46,021 bases of DNA from a virus (taxonomy: Duplodnaviria; Caudoviricetes), in IMG/VR virus record IMGVR_UViG_3300032040_000017, positions 1 through 46,021 of that record; one strand, given 5' to 3'. Made by a program: the position numbers and the translations under genes. Shown here one piece after another: positions 17,566 through 26,143 of the stretch. The notes below the pieces were generated by a model. It saw nothing but the letters and a program-made list of their open reading frames with translations, had not been told where the DNA came from and made no database searches. Every line of letters begins with the position of its first letter. Position 1 is the stretch's first letter.

Positions 17566-18078
17566 ATGAGCAAGCCACTAACACCACAACAGAGTCGCTT
17601 CGTTGACGAGTACCTGATTGACCTGAACGCCACGCAAGCCTACTACCGTGCTGGCTACAAGGCCAAGGGCAGGGCAGCCGAGAATAACGCTTCGCGAATG
17701 CTGGGGCATGCTGGGGTTCAGCTCGCTATCCAGGAGCGCATGACCGCACGCTCTGCACGCACTCAGATCGACCATGACTTCGTGCTGCACGGCATCGTCA
17801 AGAACATCAAGCGCTGTGAGCAAGCCGAGCCCGTGACAGACCGAGAAGGCGCGCCCATCTTCGTCACTACAGACGAGGGGGATTTGGCCCCGGCTTACAA
17901 GTACGACGCCACAAACGCCTTGAAAGGCTACGAGCTGGTCGGTAAGCATCTGAAAATGTGGACGGATAAAGTGGACCATTCCAGCGACGACGGTTCGATG
18001 TCGCCTAAGAACGTATCCGACGACGAGCTGGACGCCCGCATTGCCGTGCTGTCCAAGCAGGTAGGGCATGGGCAATGA
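17566..18078 (+). CDS. terS: Terminase small subunit
   Basis: LTPQQSRFVDEYLIDLNATQAYYRAGY and LELVGKHL-like (YELVGKHL) motifs. Confidence 0.92.
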   Translation: MSKPLTPQQSRFVDEYLIDLNATQAYYRAGYKAKGRAAENNASRMLGHAGVQLAIQERMTARSARTQIDHDFVLHGIVKNIKRCEQAEPVTDREGAPIFVTTDEGDLAPAYKYDATNALKGYELVGKHLKMWTDKVDHSSDDGSMSPKNVSDDELDARIAVLSKQVGHGQ

Positions 18079-18784
18079 CAGCGCCGAGGCCAAGCGCGAC
18101 CTACTGAGAGCTCTGGAAGAAAAAGCCAGGCGAAAGCGCTACACACTCATAAACGAGCTGTTTCCGGACACTGGACCGTATCGCCGCGAGCTCTACCCGA
18201 AGCACATGGAGTTTTTCAAAGCCGGTTCTTTACACCGAGAACGTCTTTTCATGGCGGCCAACAGGGTCGGTAAAACTGTGGCTGGAGGCGTTGAGCTTAC
18301 TTACCACATGACTGGCAACTACCCGGCCTGGTGGCCAGGGCATCGCTTTGACCGCCCTGTCCAATGCCTGGCAGCTGGCGACACCAGCACAACCACCCGA
18401 GACATCATCCAAAGCAAGCTGGTCGGAGGACTGTGGGGCACGCCCGAGTTCGGGACCGGCTTGATCCCTGGCGACTTGCTGGGCAAGCCCACCCCGGCGA
18501 GGGGCGTAGCCAATTTGTACGAGCAGATCACTGTCACGCACGTCACCGGCGGCACAAGTCACTTGATGCTGCGCAGCTATGAGCAAGGTCGAAAGATCTT
18601 CCAGGGCACGGAACAGGATTTTGTGTGGCTGGACGAAGAAGTTCCGAAAGACGTTTACGACGAAGCCCTCATTCGAACGATGACCACCCGCGGCCTGGTC
18701 GCCATGACCTTTACACCGCTTTCCGGCCTGACTGAGCTGGTTGTCGATTTCCTAGAAGCCAAACACGAGCAGGTACCGCTATGA
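18068..18784 (+). CDS. terL: Terminase large subunit, N-terminal ATPase fragment
   Basis: Walker A AANRVGKT, Walker B FVWLDEE, coupling motif MTFTP; stops about 22 aa after TFTP. Confidence 0.9.
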   Translation: MGNDSAEAKRDLLRALEEKARRKRYTLINELFPDTGPYRRELYPKHMEFFKAGSLHRERLFMAANRVGKTVAGGVELTYHMTGNYPAWWPGHRFDRPVQCLAAGDTSTTTRDIIQSKLVGGLWGTPEFGTGLIPGDLLGKPTPARGVANLYEQITVTHVTGGTSHLMLRSYEQGRKIFQGTEQDFVWLDEEVPKDVYDEALIRTMTTRGLVAMTFTPLSGLTELVVDFLEAKHEQVPL

Positions 18785-19146
18785 AGTTTCGCAAGAAGCC
18801 GGTCGTTATCGAAGCAACCCAGTGGTTTAAGAGCGGCGATCACCCGCTGGACTACGCAGAGCCAGTCGATGGTTTCGAAAACGGCGAGCTGGTGGAGTTT
18901 AGCCAGGAGCATCAGAAGCAGCTGGATTGGGAAGGCCAGATTGTCCGTTACTTCCGTGATCCGGACGTTGCCGGCGGCACCCCCTGCAAAAGATGCGGTA
19001 TTAGGCTCCACGAGCATGGCTGGATCGAGACGCTGGAAGGTGGGCTCATCGCCTGCCCTGGCGACTGGATCATTACCGGGGTTCAAGGTGAGCGCTATCC
19101 CTGCAAGCCCGACATATTCGACGCCACTTACGAGGCCGCTGAATGA
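18781..19146 (+). CDS. KKPVVIEA/PGDYG-like small phage protein
   Basis: FRKKPVVIEATQW...IETLEG...PGDWIITGVQGERYPCKPDIFDATYE. Confidence 0.8.
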   Translation: MKFRKKPVVIEATQWFKSGDHPLDYAEPVDGFENGELVEFSQEHQKQLDWEGQIVRYFRDPDVAGGTPCKRCGIRLHEHGWIETLEGGLIACPGDWIITGVQGERYPCKPDIFDATYEAAE

Positions 19147-19388
19147 AGTTTCAGGCTGCTTTCAGCTATCTCAAGCGCGGACACGCAATCAAGCTTCCCG
19201 AATGGGGAGGCTTTTGGGCGTGGGACGCCATGACGAAAACAATCTGGATGCACACCCGCAAGGGCGAAGTGATCGACATTCGGAACAGCGAGGATATGGA
19301 TTACACCCTGTCCTTCACCTTCCGGGACGACTGGGAGCTGGAGGAAGCGCCCGGTGCAAGTGAGCACGCGAAGGTGACTGCCAAATGA
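19143..19388 (+). CDS. DUF2829/Tad2-like protein (candidate anti-defence signal sponge)
   Basis: MKF..AF..LK.G..IKLPEW.GFW N-terminus and DDWEL C-terminus match the DUF2829/Tad2 pattern. Confidence 0.7.
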   Translation: MKFQAAFSYLKRGHAIKLPEWGGFWAWDAMTKTIWMHTRKGEVIDIRNSEDMDYTLSFTFRDDWELEEAPGASEHAKVTAK

Positions 19389-19585
19389 AAAAGCCCGTCA
19401 CACAGATCAACGCTCCCGCAGACAGCTGCAACCCAGTCGTGCGCGACAACTTGCTGAAAATGATTGCGGAGAAGGGCGTCAGGCAGGGCGTTATTAGCAA
19501 GCACATTGCTCGCCAGCTCTACCCAAAGGCCAGGACCGGGCAAGAACTGCTCCTGGGCCCGGCGAGGCTCGTGGTCGGTAAGTGA
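19385..19585 (+). CDS. Small basic hypothetical protein
   Basis: 66 aa, ATGA and GTGA overlaps. Confidence 0.55.
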   Translation: MKKPVTQINAPADSCNPVVRDNLLKMIAEKGVRQGVISKHIARQLYPKARTGQELLLGPARLVVGK

Positions 19586-20304
19586 GTCGATACGTCGTGC
19601 AAGCAGGTTGGAATCATGTCCCTCACGTTAACCAGCAAGACATTGACGACATGGCCAAGTCCATCAGCCCGCATCAGCTTGACGCTCGCATGAACGGAAA
19701 CCCCAGCCTTGGCGCCGGCGCGATCTACCCCGTGCCGGAGGAAGACATTCTGATTGACCCTTTCCAGATCCCGCCTTGGTTCCCCCGCATGTACGGGCTG
19801 GACGTTGGTTGGAAGAAGACCGCCGCGATCTGGCTTGCTCACGACCGCGACACCGACATTGTCTACGCCTACTCCGAGCATTACCGAGGAATGGCAGAGG
19901 CGCCGATTCATGCCAAGGCCATTCGGCTAAGGGGCGACTGGATACCTGGCGTGATTGATACCGCCGCCCGTGGCCGCTCGCAGATTGACGGGAAAACGCT
20001 GTGGAAGCTTTACGAAGATGAAGGTCTTCACTTGCACAAAGCGAACAAAGCCGTCGAGTCCGGGCTATTGGAGACGCTGGATCGGCTTTCTACGGGCCGC
20101 CTAAAGATATTCCGCACGCTGCAGAAAACGCTGGGCGAGATACGGCTATACCGGCGCAACGAGAACGGAAAAATCGTGAAAGAGAACGACCACCTCATGG
20201 ATGCCTTGCGCTACGGAGTGCTGAAGCTCCCGATTGCTACCACTCGACCCGCCCAATACGCCACCAGCAGCTACGCCCCGGGCGACGCGACCGCAGGATA
20301 CTGA
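19582..20304 (+). CDS. terL: Terminase large subunit, C-terminal (lid/linker plus RNase H nuclease) fragment
   Basis: SRYVVQAGWNHVPH...DARMNGNPSLGAGAIYP, YGLDVGW, NDHLMDALRY. Confidence 0.9.
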   Translation: MSRYVVQAGWNHVPHVNQQDIDDMAKSISPHQLDARMNGNPSLGAGAIYPVPEEDILIDPFQIPPWFPRMYGLDVGWKKTAAIWLAHDRDTDIVYAYSEHYRGMAEAPIHAKAIRLRGDWIPGVIDTAARGRSQIDGKTLWKLYEDEGLHLHKANKAVESGLLETLDRLSTGRLKIFRTLQKTLGEIRLYRRNENGKIVKENDHLMDALRYGVLKLPIATTRPAQYATSSYAPGDATAGY

Positions 20305-20307
20305 TTT

Positions 20308-22554
20308 ATGCAGACCGAAAATATGAGCACGGAGGACGCTGATAAGGTTCGCCAGGAAGAAGACCTGAATATGCTGGGCTCAAAACTTGACCGGCTGGCG
20401 CAAGAGCAGGTAGCCGCGCGCCAGCAGATCGAGAACCGAGCGCTTGAAGATCTGCGGCAGTACCACGGCGAGTACACGCCGGCAGAGGTCAAGCGCATGG
20501 AGGCGAACAAATCGTCCAAGGTGTTCGTCAACATCACTCGTAACAAGACCCGCGCCGCGATTGCTCGCATGAGCGACATGCTGCTACCGAACGACGACAC
20601 CAACTTCGGCCTGTCAGCAACACCCGTGCCCTCTATGAGCGCAAGCAACGGCGAGCCCATGCAAGCCGACATGCAGCAAGGCGCCGGACTCATGGCCCCA
20701 GACCCTGGCAGCGTGCAACCAGAGCAACCAGGACAACAAGAGCAGCCGGAGCAGGACGAAAGCCCGAAGTCTGAGCGAGAGCAGGCCAAAGAGCAGGCCG
20801 ACGATGCCGCTCGACAAATGCAGCAGCAGATTGAAGACGACTTCGCAGAAGCGAACTACAACGCACACGCCCGCGACTTGATCGAAGATGCTTGTCAGCT
20901 GGGTACCGGAATACTGAAAGGCCCCAGCGTGGTCAATCGCACCCGCCGGGCCTGGATTACCGACCCGCAGACAGGTCGCAGCACGATGGAAGTGCAGCAA
21001 GAGCTGCGGGCCGGGCTTTCGTGGGTGGATTTTTGGGACTTTTTCCCGGATATGTCCGCGTCGTCCATGAGCGACGCCGAGTTTGTCTTCGAGAAAAATT
21101 TGCTTAATCGCAAGCAGCTGCGCGAGCTGGCCGACCTGCCAGGCGTGATGCTCAATCAGCTTCGCCGGGCGCTTGAAGACAACGATGGCAAACACATCTC
21201 TAATGACCGACGCGCTGAACTGCGGGCGATTACGGGTGTCGATACCGTCGTCAGCGATAAAAAGTACGAGCTGTGGGAATACTGGGGACCGCTGGATAAA
21301 GAAGAGCTTCGGGCCTGTGGCTGCGAGGACGTGGACGACGACCCGCTGATCGAATACTCCGGCTGCGTGCTGATGGTGGGCGGCCATGTCATCAAAGCGG
21401 CGGTTAATCCGCTAGAGGCCGGCGATCTTCCTTACTCGGTCTTTAACTGGGAAGAAGACGGCTCTTCGATCTTCGGCTTCGGCGTGCCGTATCTGATGCG
21501 CCAGCCGCAAAAAGTGGTCAATGCGTCGTGGCGCATGATGATGGACAACGCCGGTCTGTCTGCTGGCCCTCAGATCGTCATGAAGAAGCGTGCGGTAACG
21601 CCGCAAGACGGCGACTGGACACTCCGACCTAACAAGGTATGGCTCGATACTGGCGACGAACCGGTGGGCGATGCCTTCAAGGCTTACCATATCCAGAACA
21701 ACCAGGGCCAGCTGTTCTCGATCTTTGAAGCCGCTCAGAAGCTGGCCGACACCGAAACCAACCTGCCGATTTTGCTGCAGGGTGAGGGTATGGGCGCCGG
21801 GCCAGGGGGTAAGACTCTGGGCGGCATGCAGATGCTGATGAACAACTCCAATATTGTTCTGAGATCCGCGACCAAGAACTTCGACGACGGCGTGACCACC
21901 CCTTTGGTACGGCGCTTCTACGACTACCACATGATGTACACCGACCGCCCCGAGATTAAGGGCGACTTCGATGTGGTGGCGCGAGGCACAAGCGTGCTGG
22001 TTGCCCGCGAGGAGCAGCAGGAAAAGCTGATGATGCTGTCCCAGGTAGCCGCTAACAACCCGATTTTTGCCAAGCTGACCAACTGGGCCGGCTTGTACCG
22101 TGAGATCTTGCGCACGCTCCAGGTGCCGGTTGACGCTGTGACGTACACCGACGATCAGCTCGCGGCCAAGCAGAAGGAAGAAGGCGACGCACCAGGCGCT
22201 GAGGAACAGATGGCCATGGTCGAACTCAAAATGAAACAGGAGGAGCACAAGCTGGCAGTCGCCCGCTTCCAGGCCGAACAGGATCAGAGGGAGTGGGAGC
22301 GCCAGTTCAAGGCCGCGGAGCTGCAGAGCAAGCAAGAGCACCAGCGCACCGAGATCGCGCTTAAACAAGGGCTGACCATGGCCGAGCTGGAAGCCAAGGT
22401 AGGCCTAGAGAGCCAGAGCCTGGAGATCCAGATGCGCGAAACGGCCGCCAAGCTCGCAGCACAGCGGGACCAGAAGGCCGCAGAGCTCGCCGACCGACAG
22501 AACGAGCGCGTCGCACGACAACGCAACCAGGACATGGGGTTCGATAGCTACTAA
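20308..22554 (+). CDS. Portal protein with C-terminal coiled-coil barrel
   Basis: 748 aa after terL; SKVFVNITRNK, SIFGFGVP, long E/Q/K/A-rich helical tail. Confidence 0.85.
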   Translation: MQTENMSTEDADKVRQEEDLNMLGSKLDRLAQEQVAARQQIENRALEDLRQYHGEYTPAEVKRMEANKSSKVFVNITRNKTRAAIARMSDMLLPNDDTNFGLSATPVPSMSASNGEPMQADMQQGAGLMAPDPGSVQPEQPGQQEQPEQDESPKSEREQAKEQADDAARQMQQQIEDDFAEANYNAHARDLIEDACQLGTGILKGPSVVNRTRRAWITDPQTGRSTMEVQQELRAGLSWVDFWDFFPDMSASSMSDAEFVFEKNLLNRKQLRELADLPGVMLNQLRRALEDNDGKHISNDRRAELRAITGVDTVVSDKKYELWEYWGPLDKEELRACGCEDVDDDPLIEYSGCVLMVGGHVIKAAVNPLEAGDLPYSVFNWEEDGSSIFGFGVPYLMRQPQKVVNASWRMMMDNAGLSAGPQIVMKKRAVTPQDGDWTLRPNKVWLDTGDEPVGDAFKAYHIQNNQGQLFSIFEAAQKLADTETNLPILLQGEGMGAGPGGKTLGGMQMLMNNSNIVLRSATKNFDDGVTTPLVRRFYDYHMMYTDRPEIKGDFDVVARGTSVLVAREEQQEKLMMLSQVAANNPIFAKLTNWAGLYREILRTLQVPVDAVTYTDDQLAAKQKEEGDAPGAEEQMAMVELKMKQEEHKLAVARFQAEQDQREWERQFKAAELQSKQEHQRTEIALKQGLTMAELEAKVGLESQSLEIQMRETAAKLAAQRDQKAAELADRQNERVARQRNQDMGFDSY

Positions 22555-22748
22555 TGGCCATTGACCGGAACACCAGTGCATGGCACGAAACCGAGCAGTG
22601 GCTGCAGGCGCGACGAGATGCTTGCGTCCAGTCTCTGATTAACGGCACCACCTCCGACGACAAATTGCGGGGCCAGGTCCGCGTGATCGACGATTTGCTG
22701 ACCTTTGCCAGCGAGACGAAAGACCCGAACATTCGGGACCACCCCTAA
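22554..22748 (+). CDS. Small protein after portal
   Basis: 64 aa, TAATG overlap, LRGQVRVIDDLL motif. Confidence 0.7.
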   Translation: MAIDRNTSAWHETEQWLQARRDACVQSLINGTTSDDKLRGQVRVIDDLLTFASETKDPNIRDHP

Positions 22749-22780
22749 CACTGACCCATCACCCGCACAGGAAGAGCCTC

Positions 22781-23065
22781 ATGAAAGACATACCCACGCC
22801 GGTACTGCCGACAGAGAACACGGTCACCATGGTCGGGATTTTAGACAAAGTTTCAAAAGAGCAGTACCACATATTCCCCGGTACCACGCTCACCCTTTGC
22901 TGCCTCACCCTGGCCAATGGCTTCACAGTGACCGGCGAATCGGCTTGTGCTGACCCAGACAATTTCAATTCAGCCACGGGTGAGTATTACGCTCGCCAGG
23001 CGGCAGTAAGCAAAATCTGGCTGCTTGAGGGCTATTTGCTGCGAGAGAAACTGCACAACCAGTAA
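22781..23065 (+). CDS. N4 Gp49/Sf6 gp66-family protein
   Basis: LTLCCLTLANGFTVTGESACADPDNFN...G...AR..A..KIWLLEGYLL. Confidence 0.85.
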   Translation: MKDIPTPVLPTENTVTMVGILDKVSKEQYHIFPGTTLTLCCLTLANGFTVTGESACADPDNFNSATGEYYARQAAVSKIWLLEGYLLREKLHNQ

Positions 23066-23115
23066 GCCGGCACCACGCCGGGTAACCCCATCCAGCCGTT
23101 CGGGAGAACCGCTAC

Positions 23116-24009
23116 ATGACTGACCAGCCGCTTGAGAAGCCGCAGGGTGATAACCCCATCGCCGGCGAAGACGAGTTTGAAAGTGCGTTTGAGGAGTATT
23201 CCAAAAGCGCCACCTCTGACCGCGATGAGTACCACGTAGACCGGGACGCACTGCCCGCCGAGGAGAAAGACGCCCCCGACGTGGACGACCCGCAAAACGA
23301 CGTTTCCGACAAGCTGAAAAAGCTTGAAGACGAAAACCGGCGCCTCAAGCATTCCGACGCTTCACAGCGCGGACGGCTAGGCGCTTACCAAAGGCAGATC
23401 AACGACCTGCAGCGCAAACCGCAGGAACCTGAGCCTGTCCAGACAGACAGCCAAGACGGAAAACCTCCAAAAGACGACGAACAGCAGCGCACCGACATGG
23501 CCGAGTCCATGGGTGTCGATGACTGGGATGAGTTCAAAGAGGATTTCCCCGATATGGCCCGCGCCTTCGAAGCTCGTCTCAAAGCAGACCAGCACAAGCA
23601 GTCGCAGCTAGAGCAGCAGGTCAACGAACTACGATCCGCTGTGCAGCCCATGCAAGAACAGGCCCATCAGCAACACCTTCAGTCCGAGTATGCCCGTCTT
23701 GAGGACCGGCATAGCAATTGGAAGGAAGTGGTCAATGCGCCCGAGTTCGACACATGGCTGAAAACTCAGAACCCCTCAATACAAGGCCTTGCAGGCTCCG
23801 ATAGCGCCGACGATGCGTCCGCGTTGCTGGATTTCTACAAGGGCGTGAGCGTAGGGGGCGATGACAACAGCCTTGTCACGAAGCACGACAAGCGCCAGAG
23901 CCGACTGGCCAACGCCCAAACCGTGAGCCGCCGAGGAGCAGCACAACGGTCGGGCGCGCCGGATGAGTTCGACGCCGCATTCGAACACTACGCCGCCAAA
24001 AAGCGGTAA
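23116..24009 (+). CDS. Capsid scaffolding protein (putative)
   Basis: Acidic coiled-coil protein immediately before capsid gene. Confidence 0.7.
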   Translation: MTDQPLEKPQGDNPIAGEDEFESAFEEYSKSATSDRDEYHVDRDALPAEEKDAPDVDDPQNDVSDKLKKLEDENRRLKHSDASQRGRLGAYQRQINDLQRKPQEPEPVQTDSQDGKPPKDDEQQRTDMAESMGVDDWDEFKEDFPDMARAFEARLKADQHKQSQLEQQVNELRSAVQPMQEQAHQQHLQSEYARLEDRHSNWKEVVNAPEFDTWLKTQNPSIQGLAGSDSADDASALLDFYKGVSVGGDDNSLVTKHDKRQSRLANAQTVSRRGAAQRSGAPDEFDAAFEHYAAKKR

Positions 24010-24040
24010 CCAACCTTTCGATTTTCTGGAGTAAGAAATA

Positions 24041-25030
24041 ATGGCGATCACCACCTATGGCGATATCGGCCAGCGTACCGCTGCCTATGCCGCCGCTGAA
24101 ATGCTATCCCACGCTGAGCCTATCCTGGTTCTTTCCAAGTTTGGCCAGTCTAAGCCACTGCCCAAGAACAAGGCCGATACGGTCAAGTTCCGCCGCCCTA
24201 TCCCTTTCGCGCTTATTACCGTGCCCCTGAGCGAAGGCGTCACCCCATCCAGCCAGCAAATGGCTTACGAAGACGTGACAGTACAGATCAAACAGTGGGG
24301 CGCGTGGGCCGAGATCACCGATGTCATTCAAGACCTGGCAGAAGATCCCGTTCTGGCCGACGCTTCGATGCTGTGTGGCGAACAAGCCGCTGAAACCATC
24401 GAGTACCAGACCTGGGGTTCGATCCGCGCTGGTACCAACGTGTTCTTTGCCAATGGCAGTACACGCGGCGCCGTCAATACAGTGTATTCCCTGGCTAAGC
24501 AGCGTGCGGTCACCCGCTCACTGAAGGCCAACCGGGCGAAGAAAGTCACTAGCATGGTCGGCGCGTCACCGAACTACGGCACCGAGCCTGTGGATGCGGC
24601 TTTCATCGGATTCGCACACACCGACCTGGAAGCCGATATCCGGGACATGACCAACTTTGTACCCACCGAGAAGTACGGAACCATGAAAGCACTGCCGTAT
24701 GAAATCGGCAAAACCGAAGACGTGCGCTACATTCTGAGCCCCGTCCTCGACAGCTTTGCGGACGCAGGCGGTGCAGAAAACGGCATGATCTCTACCACCG
24801 GCACGAATGCCGACGTGTACCCGATTGTCATTATCGGCAAAGAAGCCTACGGACTGGTGCCGCTGAAAGGCGCTGGCGCGATGACTCCGATGGTGCTCAA
24901 CCCCGGCACGCCTCGCGGCGGCGACAATCTGGGTCAGCGCGGCTCTGTGGGCTGGAAAGCCTACTACGTGTGCAAGGTGCTGAATGAAACCTGGATGGCC
25001 CGCGTAGAAGTGGCGGCCTCTAGCCTGTAA
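24041..25030 (+). CDS. Major capsid protein, N4-gp56 family
   Basis: FGQSKPLPKNKADTVKFRR, PLSEGVTP, EIG..EDVRYI, DNLGQRGSVGWK. Confidence 0.92.
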   Translation: MAITTYGDIGQRTAAYAAAEMLSHAEPILVLSKFGQSKPLPKNKADTVKFRRPIPFALITVPLSEGVTPSSQQMAYEDVTVQIKQWGAWAEITDVIQDLAEDPVLADASMLCGEQAAETIEYQTWGSIRAGTNVFFANGSTRGAVNTVYSLAKQRAVTRSLKANRAKKVTSMVGASPNYGTEPVDAAFIGFAHTDLEADIRDMTNFVPTEKYGTMKALPYEIGKTEDVRYILSPVLDSFADAGGAENGMISTTGTNADVYPIVIIGKEAYGLVPLKGAGAMTPMVLNPGTPRGGDNLGQRGSVGWKAYYVCKVLNETWMARVEVAASSL

Positions 25031-25038
25031 ACCCCTGA

Positions 25039-25067
25039 AGCCCTGGCCGTGTGTCGGGGCTTTTTTT
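25039..25067 (+). terminator. Intrinsic terminator after capsid gene
   Basis: AGCCCTGGC-CGTGT-GTCGGGGCT plus T-run. Confidence 0.8.
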
Positions 25068-25087
25068 CTTTCCCTTTGTGAAAAGGC

Positions 25088-25507
25088 ATGTTCGCTATGA
25101 GCGATATCAACACCAAGACCATGGATCGCCAGGAGCTGGAAGCCACCGCCTCAGATCTGGGCGTGACGTTCCCGCACAACATCTCCGACGATAAACTGCG
25201 CGCAAAAATCGACGACGCGCTGGGGCTTGCGCCCGTCAGTGACGAAAAGGATGCAGCAGTCGATATTGAAAAAACGGCGAATGAACGGCGCTTCGAGATC
25301 ATCATTTCTCGTCACGATCAGGATAAGCAACCTGTTCCGGTCGGCGTTAACGGCAAGACCCACCTGATCCAGCGCGGGCATAAAGTCATTGTGCCTGAGT
25401 CGGTGATTGGCGTGCTCAACTGCGCAATTCAGTACCAATACGACCCGGAAACCATGGAGCGCACCGAAGTCCAGAGCTACCCGTTTCAGATCATCCGCGA
25501 GGTCTAA
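25088..25507 (+). CDS. Hypothetical head-associated protein
   Basis: 139 aa; VPVGVNGK..LIQRG..V.VP motif common after N4-type capsid genes. Confidence 0.7.
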   Translation: MFAMSDINTKTMDRQELEATASDLGVTFPHNISDDKLRAKIDDALGLAPVSDEKDAAVDIEKTANERRFEIIISRHDQDKQPVPVGVNGKTHLIQRGHKVIVPESVIGVLNCAIQYQYDPETMERTEVQSYPFQIIREV

Positions 25508-25510
25508 GCG

Positions 25511-26143
25511 ATGACCTACCTGGAACTGTGCCAGAGGCTGAGACAAGAGGTAGGAGCGGCTGGCGCAGGTCCGGCCAGTGTCACCGGCCAGCACGGCGAG
25601 TACGCCCGCATGGTGAGCTGGATCCCGCAGGCCTGGCGGGAGATTGAGGTCAGTCGCCACCAATGGCGCTTTGACTGGGCCGAGGCCAGCGTGCCGGTCG
25701 AGGCCGACTTTCGCCAATACTCGCCGCCGGCGGACCTGGACCGATGGGACGCGGAAACGCTGGTCTGTAACGGTCGCCCGCTGGTCGCCATGTCGTGGGA
25801 GCTTTTTCGTAAGAATCACCTGGAGGACAGCGGCCAGGCGTACCCGCAAATCCTGACTCAAAAGCCGGATCTGACCCTGGTACTGGACACCGTGCCCAAG
25901 CAGGACGGGCAGATTACCTTTGAATATTGGCGCACTCCTCAGAAATTGACCGAAGGCGGCGCTACACCAAGACTCCCTAAGCGCTACCACATGATTATCG
26001 TGTACCGGGCCATGCTCTATTACGGGCTGTACGAAAACGCCCCAGAGGTAGTCCAGGCAGCGCGCAGCGGCGAGTCTCGCATTATGGGTGAAATGGAGCT
26101 GTCAGAGCTTCCGGCCATTGTCTCGGGAGGGCCGTTAGCGTGA
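25511..26143 (+). CDS. Head-tail adaptor (putative)
   Basis: MTYLELCQRLRQEVG N-terminus, P.LPKRYH.IIVYRA; position. Confidence 0.7.
   Translation: MTYLELCQRLRQEVGAAGAGPASVTGQHGEYARMVSWIPQAWREIEVSRHQWRFDWAEASVPVEADFRQYSPPADLDRWDAETLVCNGRPLVAMSWELFRKNHLEDSGQAYPQILTQKPDLTLVLDTVPKQDGQITFEYWRTPQKLTEGGATPRLPKRYHMIIVYRAMLYYGLYENAPEVVQAARSGESRIMGEMELSELPAIVSGGPLA

Noticed and set aside
18785-19581. Group I/II intron or intein explanation for the split terL
   Set aside because: The gap is filled by coupled ORFs with no room for a ribozyme core, no homing endonuclease or RT motifs, and the halves are in different frames
20614-22368. 257-aa and 318-aa minus-strand ORFs
   Set aside because: Antisense shadows of the portal gene caused by codon bias
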